DNA of 64,000 bases from Octopus vulgaris (GCA_951406725.2 OX597832.1:20584001-20648000); one strand, 5' to 3'; positions 1 to 13,696 are shown, counted from the first letter of the stretch. Made by a program: numbers and translations. The notes: a model not told the origin generated them from the sequence alone.

Positions 1-677
1 TACCAGAGCCACATAAATACACAAACAACGAGCAAGAACGTTCTTCTCTCGAGTAAGATTTTTCAATCTCCTCGTTAGTAGCCATTATATAACATCAGAA
101 TTTTTATTGGTTTAACGTTCTTAATAAAATCACGTATGAGATATTCGCTTACATGTCACAATAAAAGCTTAATGATCCACAATATATGTTTAATGTTTCA
201 TTGTTAATTTCATTCTGTGTTGTTTTGCTGTGATGTATTCTGTAAATATATTAGCTTTCGGCGATTATGATTTTGCGAACCGGTTTCGACTCCGCGATAT
301 TTTTTTTTTTTCTAAGCCGCTGTCACTTACTTTGCTTACGTCTTGAATCGTGAATCAGTGTGGAGTGTACTGTAGTTACAGTGCAATCTGAGCATGAAAA
401 TGTAAAATATAACCACACACATACACACACGCACAAATACGCATTAACACACGCAGACACACACACACGAACATATCTAATATAAATAGATATATATTTA
501 AATATATTTATAAATATACGCATACGTATATGTTTCCATATATACATACATACATATATATATATACATATATATATATATACATATATATACCATATAT
601 ATATGTGTGTGTGTGTGTCTGTGTGTGGGTGTGTGTCTGTGTGCGTGTGTGAGTCTGTGTTTGTATATATACATATA

Positions 678-729
<52 letters not shown>

Positions 730-735
<6 letters not shown>

Positions 736-866
736 CCCGGCGTGGATGTCCGGGTTAACCACAGTAAGTAAGGTACTCAATACCCTAGGAGGCAATTATT
801 TTATTATATAGAAGAGCTTCTACCAATCATTCAAGAGAATCCTGAAGATTTCTCCCTCTAGATCTT
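730..866 (-). mobile_element. Degenerate copy of (TA)n-embedded hammerhead-bearing element family HD
   Basis: gggttaaccacagtaagtaaggtactcaatac...tatatagaagagcttctac matches the reverse complement of 24981-25073; flanked by (TA)n on both sides; ribozyme part partly deleted. Confidence 0.7.
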
Positions 867-894
867 ATATAATAATATATATATATATATATAT

Positions 895-1290
895 ACGAGC
901 ATAGCCCGGCGTTGTCCGGGTATGTAAGACCCTAGGAGGCAACAATGTCTTCTCTAGAGAACGAAGGCGCATGTGTAGGTTCAATGTCTTCTCTTCACTC
1001 GAATACTTCTGTGTATACGATGTTCCTAGCTGTCCCTAGCTGTCGAGTTGTGTCCTCTAGACAGAAAATGTGTTGCATATAAAAAGCTTAGATTCTCGAC
1101 CCCATGTCGAATTTATCGATTCTTTTTCAGAATTGGGGGAACTTTTCAAAATTTTGCTGCGTTAGTTTTTAATTATGACATTGGGCTATATGTGTGTCAA
1201 GTTTCATCAGAATCGGTTGAAAGCCGTGGTCAGCGTGAGGGTACAACCTGACAGACACACAGACACACAGACAGACAAACTGCCATTTAT
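895..1290 (+). mobile_element. Non-autonomous Helitron/HINE-like element
   Basis: 5' TAC(G)AGC...CCCGGCGTTGTCCGGG hairpin; 3' tatgtgtgtcaagtttcatcagaatcggttg followed by a (CAGA/CACA) microsatellite and atttatata. This is the layout of Lep1/DINE-1-type non-autonomous Helitrons; inserted in (TA)n. Confidence 0.6.
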
Positions 1291-1898
1291 ATATATATAT
1301 ACACATACATACAGATATATATTATAAGATGCTTATACAGCGAGCTGGCAGAATCGTTATGACGCCCGTCCTTACGTTCTGAGTTCAAAATCTGTTCAGG
1401 TAGATTATTATCCTTCATCATTTGCGGGCCGATAAAATAAGCTTTGTACCCATAGTACAAAGGATTGTTAGACGTCTATTTACATTCACATATGTATGCT
1501 AGCATATATATTTGGAAAAATTGTATCTAGATGATTCCACACTGAAGACAGAAACCATCTGTAAGATAATCTTTTATATACATCCACTGCTAACTATATA
1601 CCCTTGAAATTTTTCACTCTCCATCTTCCAACATTATAATTCTGCGCCATTAGAAACAGCTATCGGACATGCACTACCATTCCCTCTCTCCTTAGATTTC
1701 TATACATTTTATATACCATGTAAATTTATTTTGCAAATATATAAATATCCATATTCTCATAGGATGTTCATCTGAATGTTTTCAGTTTTGTTAATCTGTG
1801 TGTGTGTATATGTATATGTATATATACACGTATGTGTATTTATATATATATAAATACACATACATGCATATATATATATGTATAAAAATTATATATAA

Positions 1899-2085
1899 AA
1901 ATACAAAATGGGACAAGAACGCAAAACACACCAAGAGACGACACGAAAAACGGATGGGTCATTCGAAGCCTCTAATCTTCAGTCAGGAACCGAATCATCC
2001 TAGCAATTTCGGCTGATTAATCCTGATATCTCTCCGATCCGGCCAGCCCCAAGGAAAAACTAAGCTGCGAGCATTAGATTTCTTG

Positions 2086-2088
<3 letters not shown>
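1899..2088 (-). mobile_element. (TA)n-embedded short element family HE, copy 1
   Basis: aaatacaaaatgggacaagaacgcaaaacac...cattcgaagcctctaatcttcagtcaggaacc recurs at 13697, 21050 and 62755; TA-rich flanks. Confidence 0.75.
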
Positions 2089-2156
<68 letters not shown>

Positions 2157-2478
2157 TGTATATGTATTTATAGTCCCTGCCTTGACTAATTGCTTGCCAT
2201 CCCCACTTCTTTAACCGATACCTACATCCTCATATGTAAGCCACTAACGGAAATTTTGTTTAATTATTCATTGGAGCACTCAGGATGCATGCCTATTGGT
2301 TTGTGGGGTCTTGTTTTAATCTCCTCATATCTTGTCTGTCAGTAAGATGAGAGTTTCTTGCGGCTGTGTGTTGTTTTAACTATTATTTCTAGCAATGCTG
2401 ATACTGACGTGCATATTTCTGCCTTTCCGTTGTAAAATAACGAACGAGCCACCCTTATCAGTTATGAATGTATGTGTG

Positions 2479-2515
<37 letters not shown>

Positions 2516-2713
2516 TTGCACATTATTCATGCGTAGATATGTGTGTATATGTTTATATATATTTATATACATATGTATATTAATATGATATATATATATA
2601 TATACATACATACGTAGATGTGTATGTACGAATATATTTATGTATACATATATGAAGAGACAATGAAAGATACAGACAGACTGACAGAGAGACGAACAGA
2701 CAGACAAATAGAC

Positions 2714-2796
<83 letters not shown>

Positions 2797-2834
2797 GAGA
2801 TAGAGAGATAGAGAGATAGAGAGATAGATAGATA

Positions 2835-3666
2835 GGTTTCCAAGCGTATGTATGTGGCAAGTAGTACGACATAATTTTACACTGGCATAGCTGAAATATT
2901 TACCGAACTTTGGGGTTACCGTCTTTTGAAGAAAATGCTCATTGCTTAAGAGACATCAAAACCAATGTGACTTACCCAATATTACGCTCCATTTCTCACC
3001 CAACAGAATATTGTATATCCTCATTTGCACTGCAATATAAAAGAAAAAAAATATTGATTAAGAACAGAATATATTTAGCGCAAGAATTATTTTCATAATA
3101 CCGTTTTCAATACAAAAATATTTTTTCCACAAAAATATATGTATAAAATATCTGTTGAGCAGTAAGTTTGTGTACAAAATTTTTGGGGTGCATTTTAATG
3201 AACGCCATCATGAAACATGTTCGGTTTTGAAAATAGTTTCCTAAGAAATTTTATATTCCTAGATTAACTGGATATTGTATTCACATTTTAAAAGGGTTAG
3301 GGATAGGGTGAGTGTTAATGTATACATATGATTATATTTGTTTTAAGCACACACTAAAGGGAAAGTCAGCTTCCGTTAGTAGCACACAGCAGACACACAC
3401 ACACATTCACATTCACAGAAAAATGAACAAAGAGTGCATTCGTTTTCACACACACACATATACAAGCACACACATATAAACATATATACACACGCACACT
3501 CAGACACTCACACACACACACGCATACGAAAGATACGCTTGTTTACAACTTTTCCCGCCTTGTAAGAGTAATTTACTTATATCTGCTGTTCTAACGGCAG
3601 TTTTACATTCGAAAACATACCATCTTGCTTGTATCGTACCTTACACATTCGCACTTGTTTCTAGTA
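2835..3666 (-). mobile_element. Possible Helitron-like non-autonomous element
   Basis: Minus strand begins TACTAG at 3666, like the element at 28451, and ends in a catacatac microsatellite-like tail; internal GGGTTAGGG motif. Weak support. Confidence 0.25.
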
Positions 3667-3696
3667 TAAACAAAATTGTTTATATATACATACATA

Positions 3697-4088
3697 CGCG
3701 CAGGTTTACCTGTGTAGTAAGAAGCTCGATTTCCAACCACATGGTTCGGGGTTCAGTTCCACTGCGTTGCACCTTGGGCAAGTTTCTTCTACTATTGCCT
3801 CGGGTTCACCAAAACTTTGTGAGTGGATATGGTAGACAGAACCTGAAAGTAGCCCATCTTGTACGTGTACGTGTGTGTGTGTGTTTCTGTGTCTGTGTAT
3901 GTGTGTATCTGTGTGTGTATGTCTGTCTGTCTGTTTTTGTCCCCTCCACCATCGCTTGACAACCGATGTTGGTGTGTTCACGTCCTCGAAAACTAGCGGC
4001 GTGCCGTCCACGTGGAGAACCTCTATACGCCAAGGAAACCAGGAAACCGGTCCTAATGAGCCAGGCATGGCTCGAATAGGAACAGAAA
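3697..4088 (+). mobile_element. tRNA-derived SINE family A with a swapped 3' tail
   Basis: 3697-3985 aligns to the full copy at 47113 (B box ggggttcagttcc, CORE-like caccttgggcaagt); 3995-4088 matches the tail at 57650-57742 instead of the family A tail. Confidence 0.8.
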
Positions 4089-4469
4089 ACAAAACGATAT
4101 TCCATAATGTCATTATTTGCCAGGTCTATATAATTTCCGTTATTATGTAACTTGTGGTTATACTTCTATTGTAGTAATTGTTGTTGCTACCGTTGTTTCA
4201 GCATTCATTCATATTGTTTCAGTGAGAGCTAGTCACATAGTTATCTTGTTATGAAGCCTATTCAAGTCGATATCATTGATGCTGATTGTTGATGAGGTTG
4301 TTGTTTGCCACTGGCTTTTATTATTTCTCTTCTTATCGTTGATGATGTCACTGATAATGATGTGACGTGACGTTGGCTTTCTTGCTTTTGATGTTCACGT
4401 ATTTTCGCAAGACACTCATCTCATAAGCAACTTCAATCGATATCAGTGCTATTGAACATTGGTGTGGTT

Positions 4470-5160
4470 GCTGTTGTTGTTGTTGTTGTTGTTCTTCTTC
4501 TTCTTCTTCTTCTTCTTCTTCTTCTTCTTTTTCTTCTTCTTCTTCTTCTTTTTTTTCTTCTTCTTCTTCTTCTTCTTCTTCTTTTTTCTTCTACTCCATC
4601 TTCTTTTCCTTCTTCTCCTCCTCCAGTTTTTCATTCTTCTTCTTCTCATTTCTTCTTCTTCTTCTTCTTCTTCTTTTTTCTTCTACTCCATCTTCTTTTC
4701 CTTCTTCTCCTCCTCCAGTTTTTCATTCTTCTTCTTCTCATTTCTTCTTCTTCTTCTTCTTCTTCTTCTTCTTCTTCTTCTTCTTCTTCTTCTTCTACTC
4801 CATCTTCTTTTCCTTCTTCTCTTCCTCTAATTTTTCCTTCTTCTTCTTCTCCTCATTTCTTCTTCTTCTTCTTCTTCTTCTTCTTCTTCTTCTTCTTTTC
4901 CTACTTCATCTCCTACTTCTCTCATCTTCCTCCTCTTTCTTCTACTTTTTCCTCTCCTCTTCCTCCTTCTTCTCTTCCTCCTCCTTCTTCTCCTTCTCCT
5001 CTTCTCTTTCTTCTCATTCTATTCATTCGTCTCCTTCTTTTCTTATTTCTCCTCGTACTCCTTCTTCTACTCCTTCTTCTCCTTCTCTTCTTCCTCCTTC
5101 TCTTCTTTCTTCACCTCCTTCTTCTTGTTCTTCTTCGTCTTCCTTTTCTTCTTTCCATAA
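4470..5160. repeat. (TTC)n/polypyrimidine tract with an about 100-bp higher-order triplication
   Basis: Unit ttctactccatcttcttttccttcttctcctcctccagtttttcattcttc at about 4590, 4681 and 4793. Confidence 0.9.
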
Positions 5161-5569
5161 GCATTATTTTTGTTCTTGTTCTTGCAGCTGTTATTAGTGA
5201 CCTTTTTTGTCTCCTACTTCCTCTTCATCTTCTTCTTCCTCTGATCCATATTGTTGTTGCTATCGTCGTTATTCTTTAATTCATTTAATACTCTTCGCGT
5301 GTTTATGTTTCTATTTTTATTTCATTAAAATTTGTTGATTCTCCAAGAATCGATCCACAGCTTCTGAAAGCGGACGAGAGCAACTGCGATATCAAGCTGG
5401 CGCCATACGTCTTACGATTAAGTTCAGCTGCATCGAAACATGATGCAGATGACACGTTCCATGTTCTGAATGAAGAAGTCATTTGAAGCAAATGTTTCTC
5501 TCCTCCGTCCATCGTGAATCATAATTCGAGAGCTGCCTACCCAGATTCCGAGTTATATATATTTTTTTT

Positions 5570-5680
5570 AGTTATTTATTACCTACAAGTGGCTAAGCAT
5601 AGAGAGGACAAACAAGGACAGAGAAAGGGATTAAGTTGATTACATCGACCCCAGTGCGTAACCGGTACTTAATTTATCGA
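5570..5680 (-). mobile_element. SINE family B 3' fragment
   Basis: ggctaagcatagagaggacaaacaaggacag...tcgaccccagtgcgtaaccggtacttaatttatcga is the reverse complement of the family B tail. Confidence 0.8.
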
Positions 5681-5689
5681 CAAAACAAA

Positions 5690-5731
5690 AATTGTCCGAC
5701 GAATGGGAACGTGAAACTCCGACTAACAGTT
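5690..5731 (+). ncRNA. Decayed type-I hammerhead ribozyme motif (element HC, 5685-5836)
   Basis: aattgt CCGACGA atg-ggaa-cgt GAAAC tccgac TA acagtt: stem I 6 bp, stem II with GGAA tetraloop, U4C change and a stem III mismatch; AATAAA at about 5756; ends at (TA)n. Confidence 0.6.
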
Positions 5732-5832
5732 TTTGTGATATTTCTGCTGCTTTTCAATAAAGCATATTACTCTACCTCTGGTATTCGAGCACTGTTTTTC
5801 CCACTTTGTTACGCATTTATGTGCTTACACCG

Positions 5833-5900
<68 letters not shown>

Positions 5901-5958
5901 GGGTGAATGAACAAACGATTCCAAATTTGAATCAAACTCTTTTTATCCCTATACATAC

Positions 5959-6028
<70 letters not shown>

Positions 6029-6315
6029 CTACATTGATATATTATTGTTCCGCACGTTTAAGAAAAGTAACAAACAACGCAAACTTTCATTGAAAGGCGG
6101 TCGAAACTCCTGAGTAGAGGGTGACATAAATTATGAAGATCAAATTGACCGGGAATTTACGTATTACCAAACGCCTCATTGAACTAGATCTCACTTCCAA
6201 GCGTACATCTTTTGTTTGTTCGTATTTTTTGTCTACATCCGCTCCGTGACTTCTTACTTCTGCACTGCTTGGCGAAAGTGTTAGGCAAAATTTAAATCCT
6301 CGATCAACTCAAACA

Positions 6316-6371
<56 letters not shown>

Positions 6372-6372
<1 letters not shown>

Positions 6373-6578
6373 TTAATCCAAACATGAAAACACAAAGAGA
6401 AAACACAACAACGCGAGGACGTGGAACAAATATAGTATTATTGGACGCTCAGGAAGGAAGGGAAGAAAGAGGGTTTTACGTTTCGAGCGGAGCTCTTCGT
6501 CAGAAACATAGGAAAAGGAAAGATCCGGAGAAGGGAAGACGGAGGAAAAAAATTGCCAACGGTACACACGCGGTCACA

Positions 6579-6584
<6 letters not shown>
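6372..6584 (-). mobile_element. (TA)n-embedded short element HA (Penelope-like pseudo-LTR or retrozyme-like)
   Basis: About 210 bp of unique sequence between two (TA)n tracts, containing an intact hammerhead motif followed by a T/G-rich 3' tail. Confidence 0.65.
6473..6507 (-). ncRNA. Minimal type-I hammerhead ribozyme, intact core
   Basis: Minus strand reads GTTT CTGACGA A GAGC-TCC-GCTC GAAAC GTA AAAC: stem I GUUU/AAAC, stem II GAGC/GCUC, palindromic ACGU stem III, GUA cleavage triplet. Confidence 0.85.
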
Positions 6585-6624
<40 letters not shown>

Positions 6625-6693
6625 TGTATGTATGTATGTGTGTGTATACATATATATATATATATATATGAATGTATGTATGTATGTGTGTGT

Positions 6694-7191
<498 letters not shown>

Positions 7192-7366
7192 CAGACAGTA
7201 TATATTAGGTCATTAAGTACTGGCTGTCAGAAGGTAGAATACGCCATACCGTAGTACAGATTAGTAAATGTATTTTGTTCGAATCGCATTGTAGCTAATC
7301 TGCGGACACATGACAATGTGGCAAGACATCACACACATATACACACACATCTGCACACACACAAAC

Positions 7367-7405
<39 letters not shown>

Positions 7406-7517
7406 TTTATATCTTGGTTTAGATTCTGTATGTTATATACTTTCATATACGTTTGTACGCATACAGAGTTAATCTCTTTCGCTCTTCTCGCTTTCTGTCT
7501 CACTCTCTCATTGTCTG

Positions 7518-7548
<31 letters not shown>

Positions 7549-7680
7549 TTCCCTCAGTCATTCTTTTTTTATTTCCTGAATTCTTGATCTCCCTCAACTT
7601 ATCGCATACCTCCTTCTCTCTCATTTTTTTCTTCTTCCTTTTTCATACTCTTTCCGTACATTCTCTCTCTCTCTCTCTCT

Positions 7681-7724
<44 letters not shown>

Positions 7725-8319
7725 ACTCGCTTTCTTTATATACAAAAGAAATATGAAAGCCTGTCCATTCTTTTGGCTTCACTAGAGAATCATTTCTTTT
7801 TATTTTTTTTATTCTTCTTCCTCTTCTTCGTTCTTACTTTGACAATTTCTCAGTCTGGCTTTGGTTCTATTGATAAAAGCAAACCATTCCAATATCCGGT
7901 GAAGCCAAACCAAATGTATCCAAGACATCGTTCGTCCTGTGTTTCGGCTGTTATTTATGTCTCGTCGTCTTCGTGATTCACATGTTGTTGGTATTTACAT
8001 TTGATTGTTTTTCTATTTTAATTTTTTTTATTAGTGTTCCTTCATTTGCAATTAAGATTTTGTCTGTGTGTCTGCTTAGCCTATATGGATATTGATATAT
8101 GTGTGGTGTGTATTTAAGTGTGTGTGTGTGTATGTGTGTATATGTGCGTGCGTGTGTGTGTCTGTTTATGTGCTTGGTATGTGGGTCTATGCGTGTGTAA
8201 GTGCATTCGTATCGGTTTTGTATATATTCGTATGAATGTGTGTAAGAAAAATGTGTTAGTTTGAAAAGGAAAGATAATCACTGTCAACATGCTGGAAATG
8301 AAAATAAAGTAATAAGAAT

Positions 8320-8530
8320 GATAATCCTTTCTACAGCAGGCACAAGGCCTGAAATTGCGGGAGAGGGATAGTCAATTCTATCGACCCCAGTACACGACTG
8401 GTACTTTTTCATCGATCCCGAAACTATGAAAGGCAAAGTCGACCTCAGCGGAATTTGATCTCAGAACGTAAAGACGAAATACTGCTAAGTATTTTCTCGG
8501 CGTGCGAACAATTCTGCCAGCACTCCGCTT
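8320..8530 (-). mobile_element. SINE family B (tail type 2)
   Basis: aggcaaagtcgacctcagcggaatttgatctcagaacgtaaagacgaaatactgctaag...ttctgccagc is the reverse complement of the family B head and body. Confidence 0.85.
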
Positions 8531-8543
8531 TAATAATAATAAC

Positions 8544-8601
<58 letters not shown>

Positions 8602-8676
8602 GTGATGATGATGATGAGGAGGAGGAGGAGGAGGAGGATAATAATAATATTAATAATAATAATAATAATAATAATA

Positions 8677-8880
8677 TATTTGACAAATTAAGTAAATATA
8701 AAACCTGGAAATTGAAATACAAAAGATGTAGCGTCTTAGAGCGAGAACTGTTCCTGTTATTATGGGTCCCCTAAGTATGATAAGAAACGGATATCAGAAA
8801 CACCAATATAATATCCCAGGAGACCCAGCAAACACTGATAACACCTCATATGTAAAAGATCTATGCAGAATTTTGATATA
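8677..8880 (+). pseudogene. Relic C-terminus of a restriction-like-endonuclease non-LTR retrotransposon (Dong/R4-like)
   Basis: With one frameshift and one stop it translates FDKLSKYK/LEIEIQKM*RLRARTVPVIMGPLSMIRNGYQKHQYNIPGDP, matching the KxxKYxDLxxEIxxMW..T.PVI.GALG motif; abuts (TAA)n. Confidence 0.7.
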
Positions 8881-8910
8881 TATTAGTTGCACAATTACAT
8901 ATTAATATAA

Positions 8911-9143
8911 AGTCTGGGCCTTATTCTAAATGCTGGATATGCTCAAGTACAGTTCAAAATTGTTGATTTCTAGGTATTAGTGCTCGGAGAAGAATATGAA
9001 GCCTTTCCGAAAACGTTTTTTTTTTACATATATGTCTGGCCCTTACACTAAGTGCCGGATGCACACAAGTACAGTTCAAAATGATTGCCGTTTAGTTATT
9101 GGTACTCGGAGAAGAATATAAAGCCTTTCCGAAGTCGGGTTTT
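8911..9143 (+). repeat. Diverged about 120-bp tandem duplication
   Basis: gtctgg.ccttA..ctaa.tgc.ggat...caagtacagttcaaaat...ctcggagaagaatat.aagcctttccgaa occurs at about 8913 and 9034. Confidence 0.85.
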
Positions 9144-9361
9144 AATAATTAAATTTTACATCTGTATGGAAATGTAGTATGTCTGTAGATGTACAAGCAA
9201 TCATTAATTTTATTCTAGTTTACACCTATGTCTGATTTTAATGAACTACTCGATAATCGAATGATTTCTAGTCATTGCAAGTCTATATTTACTGCATAAT
9301 CAATCCACTACACCATCGAATGCTTCCTTCTATTTTATTAATGCTTTTTTTATACTTACAA

Positions 9362-9758
9362 TCACCGACGTGGAACTCCATCGGTTACAACGACGAGAGT
9401 TCCAGTTGATCCGATCAACGGAACAGCCTGCTCGCGAAATTAACGTGCAAGTGTCTTAACACTCCACACACACGTGTATCCTTAACGTAGTTCTCGGTGG
9501 ATAGGGGGATTCAACGTGACACAGAGTGTGACAAGGCTGGCCCTTTGAAATACAGGTACAACAGAAACAGAAAGAAAGATTGAGAGAAAGTTGTGGTGAA
9601 AGAGTACAGTAGGGTTCGCCACCACCCTCTGCCGGATCCTCGCAGAACTTTAGGTGTTTTCGCTCAATAAACATGCATAACGCCCGTTCTGGAAATCGAA
9701 GCCGGGATCCTACGATAGCGAGTCCGCTGCTCTAATCTCTGGGCCATTGCGCCTCCAC
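9362..9758 (-). mobile_element. tRNA-derived SINE family C, near full length
   Basis: Minus strand starts gtggaggcgcaatggcccagagattagagcagcggactcg...cggcttcgatttcc (A and B boxes); the middle matches 57538-57625. Confidence 0.8.
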
Positions 9759-10562
9759 ATGTTTACAATAAAAATTCAAATGAAATGAGTAATAGATGTC
9801 TACGGGAGAATACTTAAGATCACGTACAGGGCGAGAATCATAAACTGTAAAGCGCTGAGTAGAGCCAGTTTGCGCAGCCGACAGGAGAATGAGCGGAGAG
9901 AAGAGGGAGACGTGGAGGCCGAATTTTCGGATACTCAAGACTGCTTATTCAATGAGTATGAGCAGAGGAACAAAGGAAGAGGGGACCTTACAAAAGATAG
10001 TGTAGCACCTTTAAAGAAAATCATCCGAAAAGATACAGGTAACTATACTAGGGATATTATTGGAGATATGTTGTTGCCTAGTGGGGAGACCAATTCTACG
10101 GGAGGGGCTAAGACTTAGAATAATGATGGGTCAAACAACCTCCTAGAAGTCCATCACTATATTGTATTAATAATTGAGATTCTCCCGTTGTTTCTTATCC
10201 TTAAAATAACATCTAAAATCTAATATTTTCAACCACATATCACAGTTAAACCAGACCTAATATCAAAGTTGGGTTCAGGCTGATCTTTCCAAATCATATT
10301 TTACGCTTGTGACCCCTTCCACTCTCTGCATTACGGGGATAATATCAAACTGCCAGTTATCGATTGTATGGTGTTATTTTGGCGTGGCGTCTATGTACGG
10401 AATAAATAATGTTACATGTGTAGGCAAGGCCGGAATAGATATTGCATCCATAACGTGTATATTTTTTTTGGTATATGGACACTTGTTGAAGACTATATTA
10501 GTTCTATCACCATGTTCTCATGAAATGAGTGGACGCACACAAACACATACACACACACGTAC

Positions 10563-10642
<80 letters not shown>

Positions 10643-10701
10643 GCATGTATATATATGTATGAATTTATATATGCATATATAAATATATATATACATATAT
10701 G

Positions 10702-10757
<56 letters not shown>

Positions 10758-10816
10758 CATGCATGTATGTACTTACATATGTATGTAGAGGGAGATTTAT
10801 ATATTCTTCGATATCC

Positions 10817-10867
<51 letters not shown>

Positions 10868-10935
10868 TATATACATTTGCATATATATGTATTTATGCAT
10901 TTACATACATATATGTATATATATATATGTATATA

Positions 10936-11010
<75 letters not shown>

Positions 11011-11216
11011 CGTTTACGCGTGTGTGTTTGTATATGTGTAATCATAAATCTCATGAGTACGTGCATGTACCCTATTTCCGGACATAACATATTTATATGT
11101 GTTCACCTGCGTTTATTTCTATCATTCTACGTCTATCTCTCTCTCTCTGTTTCTTGCTACATATCTGTCTATCTCAATATAGATATCGACATGTATGCAT
11201 GTATATGCATGTATAT

Positions 11217-11261
<45 letters not shown>

Positions 11262-12544
11262 GATATATTTAATTATATATGTAGAGAGAGAAAAAGAGAG
11301 AGAGAGAGAGAGAGAAGTGGAAACAGAGTGAGAGAGGGATACATAAATATACGCTGAAAAATTATTACTTCACATCCTCAACATCTCAATAGGACAGATT
11401 GCTTGAGTTTCTTTAACGAACGAACATCTGTCTCAGAAATACCTAGTTCATGCATGTTTTCCCTTTCTTTCTTCTTCAGGTGGGGTGGGAAATTTCTTCA
11501 ACAACCCCCCAACAGCCACACACACATATATATACATATATATATGTATATATGTATTTATATATGTATATGAATACATGTATATATGTATGTGTATATA
11601 TGTATATATATGCGTATGTATATAGTTTTTGCGAAAGCAGCTGAATATTTCTGTTCGATTAGATATTTATTTGATTGGTGCATGTCTTTAGTGTAGATTC
11701 TGTGTGTGGGATGTGTTGAGATATACATCAATAAGTGAAAACGTTTGTATTTAGAAAGTTACGTCTAAAACTCGCTAATAGAAAAGACGAAATTGAAGAT
11801 GGCTGTGAAACCAGGCAAGGAAATATAATAACTCGACTCTATTGATGTAGAAAATTGCAAAGACGAAAGGCAATATGGGAAAAGCAATGTAAGAAAAGCA
11901 AAAAAAAAAATAATAATAAAAGAGGAACTGAAAAGAAAAAAATAGAAATAAAGAAAGCTAAAATTAATAAAAAGAAAATAAAGAATTAAAGGAGCAAAAA
12001 AGAGGGGGAGAGAATATAGAAAATATAGAATTGAAAGAGAGTAAAATTTATAGCAATGGAAGGGAGAAAATGTTTTAAAATAGGAAAAAATAAATCAATA
12101 TATTTTTTTTTAAATTGTCAGAAAATGCATTATAAAAAATATTAAAATTAATTTAATTACAAACTTGTAAAGTATTATTTCAAAAATATTAGTAATAGTA
12201 AAGATAAAAATGAAAAATAAAATCGAAGGACGAAGGTATTACAACAATATTCATAATGTATACGAGGTGGCACGCATAAAAAAAAAAAAAAAATGAATTC
12301 CAAAAAAATTTTCTAAATGAAAAAGCAAATAAAGCAGAAAAAAGGAAAAAAAGACGGAATAGAGATATTATATATCGACTAATTTGACCCCCAGATCTAG
12401 CTTGGTATTCATTTTATCGATACAAGATTTATATAAAGGTTAAAATCGAATTGGAAAATATTATAACACAGGAATTCAACATAAAGGGACGTAACTCAAC
12501 ACTGCAAAATATTTTACACAACAGTACTATATATCTATCAGTCA

Positions 12545-12915
12545 GGGCGACGAGCTGGCAGAAACTTTAGTACGCCGGGCGAAATGCTTAGCAGTATTTC
12601 GTCTGCCGTTACGTTGTGAGTTCAAATTCCGCCGAAGTCGACTTTGCTTTTCATCTTATAGGGGTCGATTAAATATGTACCAAACTTAATCCGTTTGTCT
12701 GTCCTTCTTTTTCCCCTCTGTGTGTAGCCCCTTGTGGGTAGTAAAGAAATAGGTATTTCGTCTGCCTTTACGCTCTGAGTTCAAATTCCACCGAGGTCGA
12801 CTTTGCCTTTCAACGTTTCGGGGTCGATTAATTTTAGCCCCAGTTGCGTACTGGGGTCGCTATAATGGACTAGCCCCCTTCCTCCAAATTTCGAGCCTTG
12901 TGCCTGAAGTAGAAA
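12545..12915 (+). mobile_element. SINE family B dimer (tail 1 then tail 2)
   Basis: ggcgacgagctggcagaaac...gagttcaaattccgccgaagtcgactttgc...gtagtaaagaaat, then a restart at aggtatttcgtctg ending ...ccttgtgcctgaagtagaaaag. Confidence 0.9.
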
Positions 12916-13249
12916 AGTATATATCCATCAGCCTTAATCTTTATAACATGTCAATGATTTCTAGTGATGCGTTGTGGACTAAAGGCATGTCAATTTATAG
13001 TATATTTCTGGTTGTTATTTTATCAGAATTTACGAAGACGCAACGTCAAGTTATACATTTCATAGTAAGGAAGCAGCATATTTTATTACAAACCCCAACA
13101 AAGCAGACAACGGGGGCACGAAGTAATTGTTCGATGTATCAAAAATAACAACAAATGTCAGAGCCTTAAATCGCAACTAAATCTCTTAAAAATTAAGTTT
13201 AAATTAGGCAAAGTAATTTTTTGAGCCCGCTCGAAAGCAAGATCATACA

Positions 13250-13687
13250 TACACCCCATATGGGACACAAAACTCTACTTGTGAAGACGTGTTGAGGCAA
13301 GTGAGGATCAGAATCGAAATCGATCAATGGAAATTGCAGATGTGTTACCAGTGCCGGTGGCATGTAAGAGAACTTTCCGTTTCGCGACCGTTGCCAGTTT
13401 TCGTGTCCGTTGCCAGCCTCGCCTGGCCCTCGTGCCGGTGGCACATAAAAAGCACCATCCGTTCGTGGCCGTTTGCCAGCTCTGTCTGGCACCAGTGCGG
13501 GTGGCACGTAAAAAGCACCCACTACACTCACGGAGTGGTTGACGTTAGGAAGGGCATCCAGCCGTAGAAACACTGCCAGAATTGACTGGGCCTGATGAAG
13601 CCTTCTGGCTTCACAGACCCCAGTAGAACCGTCCAACCCATGCTAGCATGGAAAACGGACGCTAAACGATGATGATGATGATGATGA
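13250..13687 (+). mobile_element. SINE or non-autonomous retroelement family D with (GAT)n tail
   Basis: Internal repeats of gtgccggtggcacgtaaaaagcacc, the motif gttaggaagggcatccagccgtagaaa (resembles motifs of RTE-associated elements), and a 3' end catggaaaacggacgctaaac(gat)n. Confidence 0.7.
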
Positions 13688-13696
13688 TATATATAT

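Noticed and set aside
1540-1570. CTGAAGA ca GAAAC catct GTA
   Set aside because: Stem II is absent; at best an unrecognisably decayed HB relative.
5331-5490. Protein-like open stretch (FVDSPRIDPQLLKADESNCDIKLAPY...)
   Set aside because: No recognisable homology or clear splice sites, so it cannot be supported as an exon.
13590-13620. CTGATGA agcc-ttct-ggct inside SINE D
   Set aside because: It lacks GAAA and a cleavage triplet.
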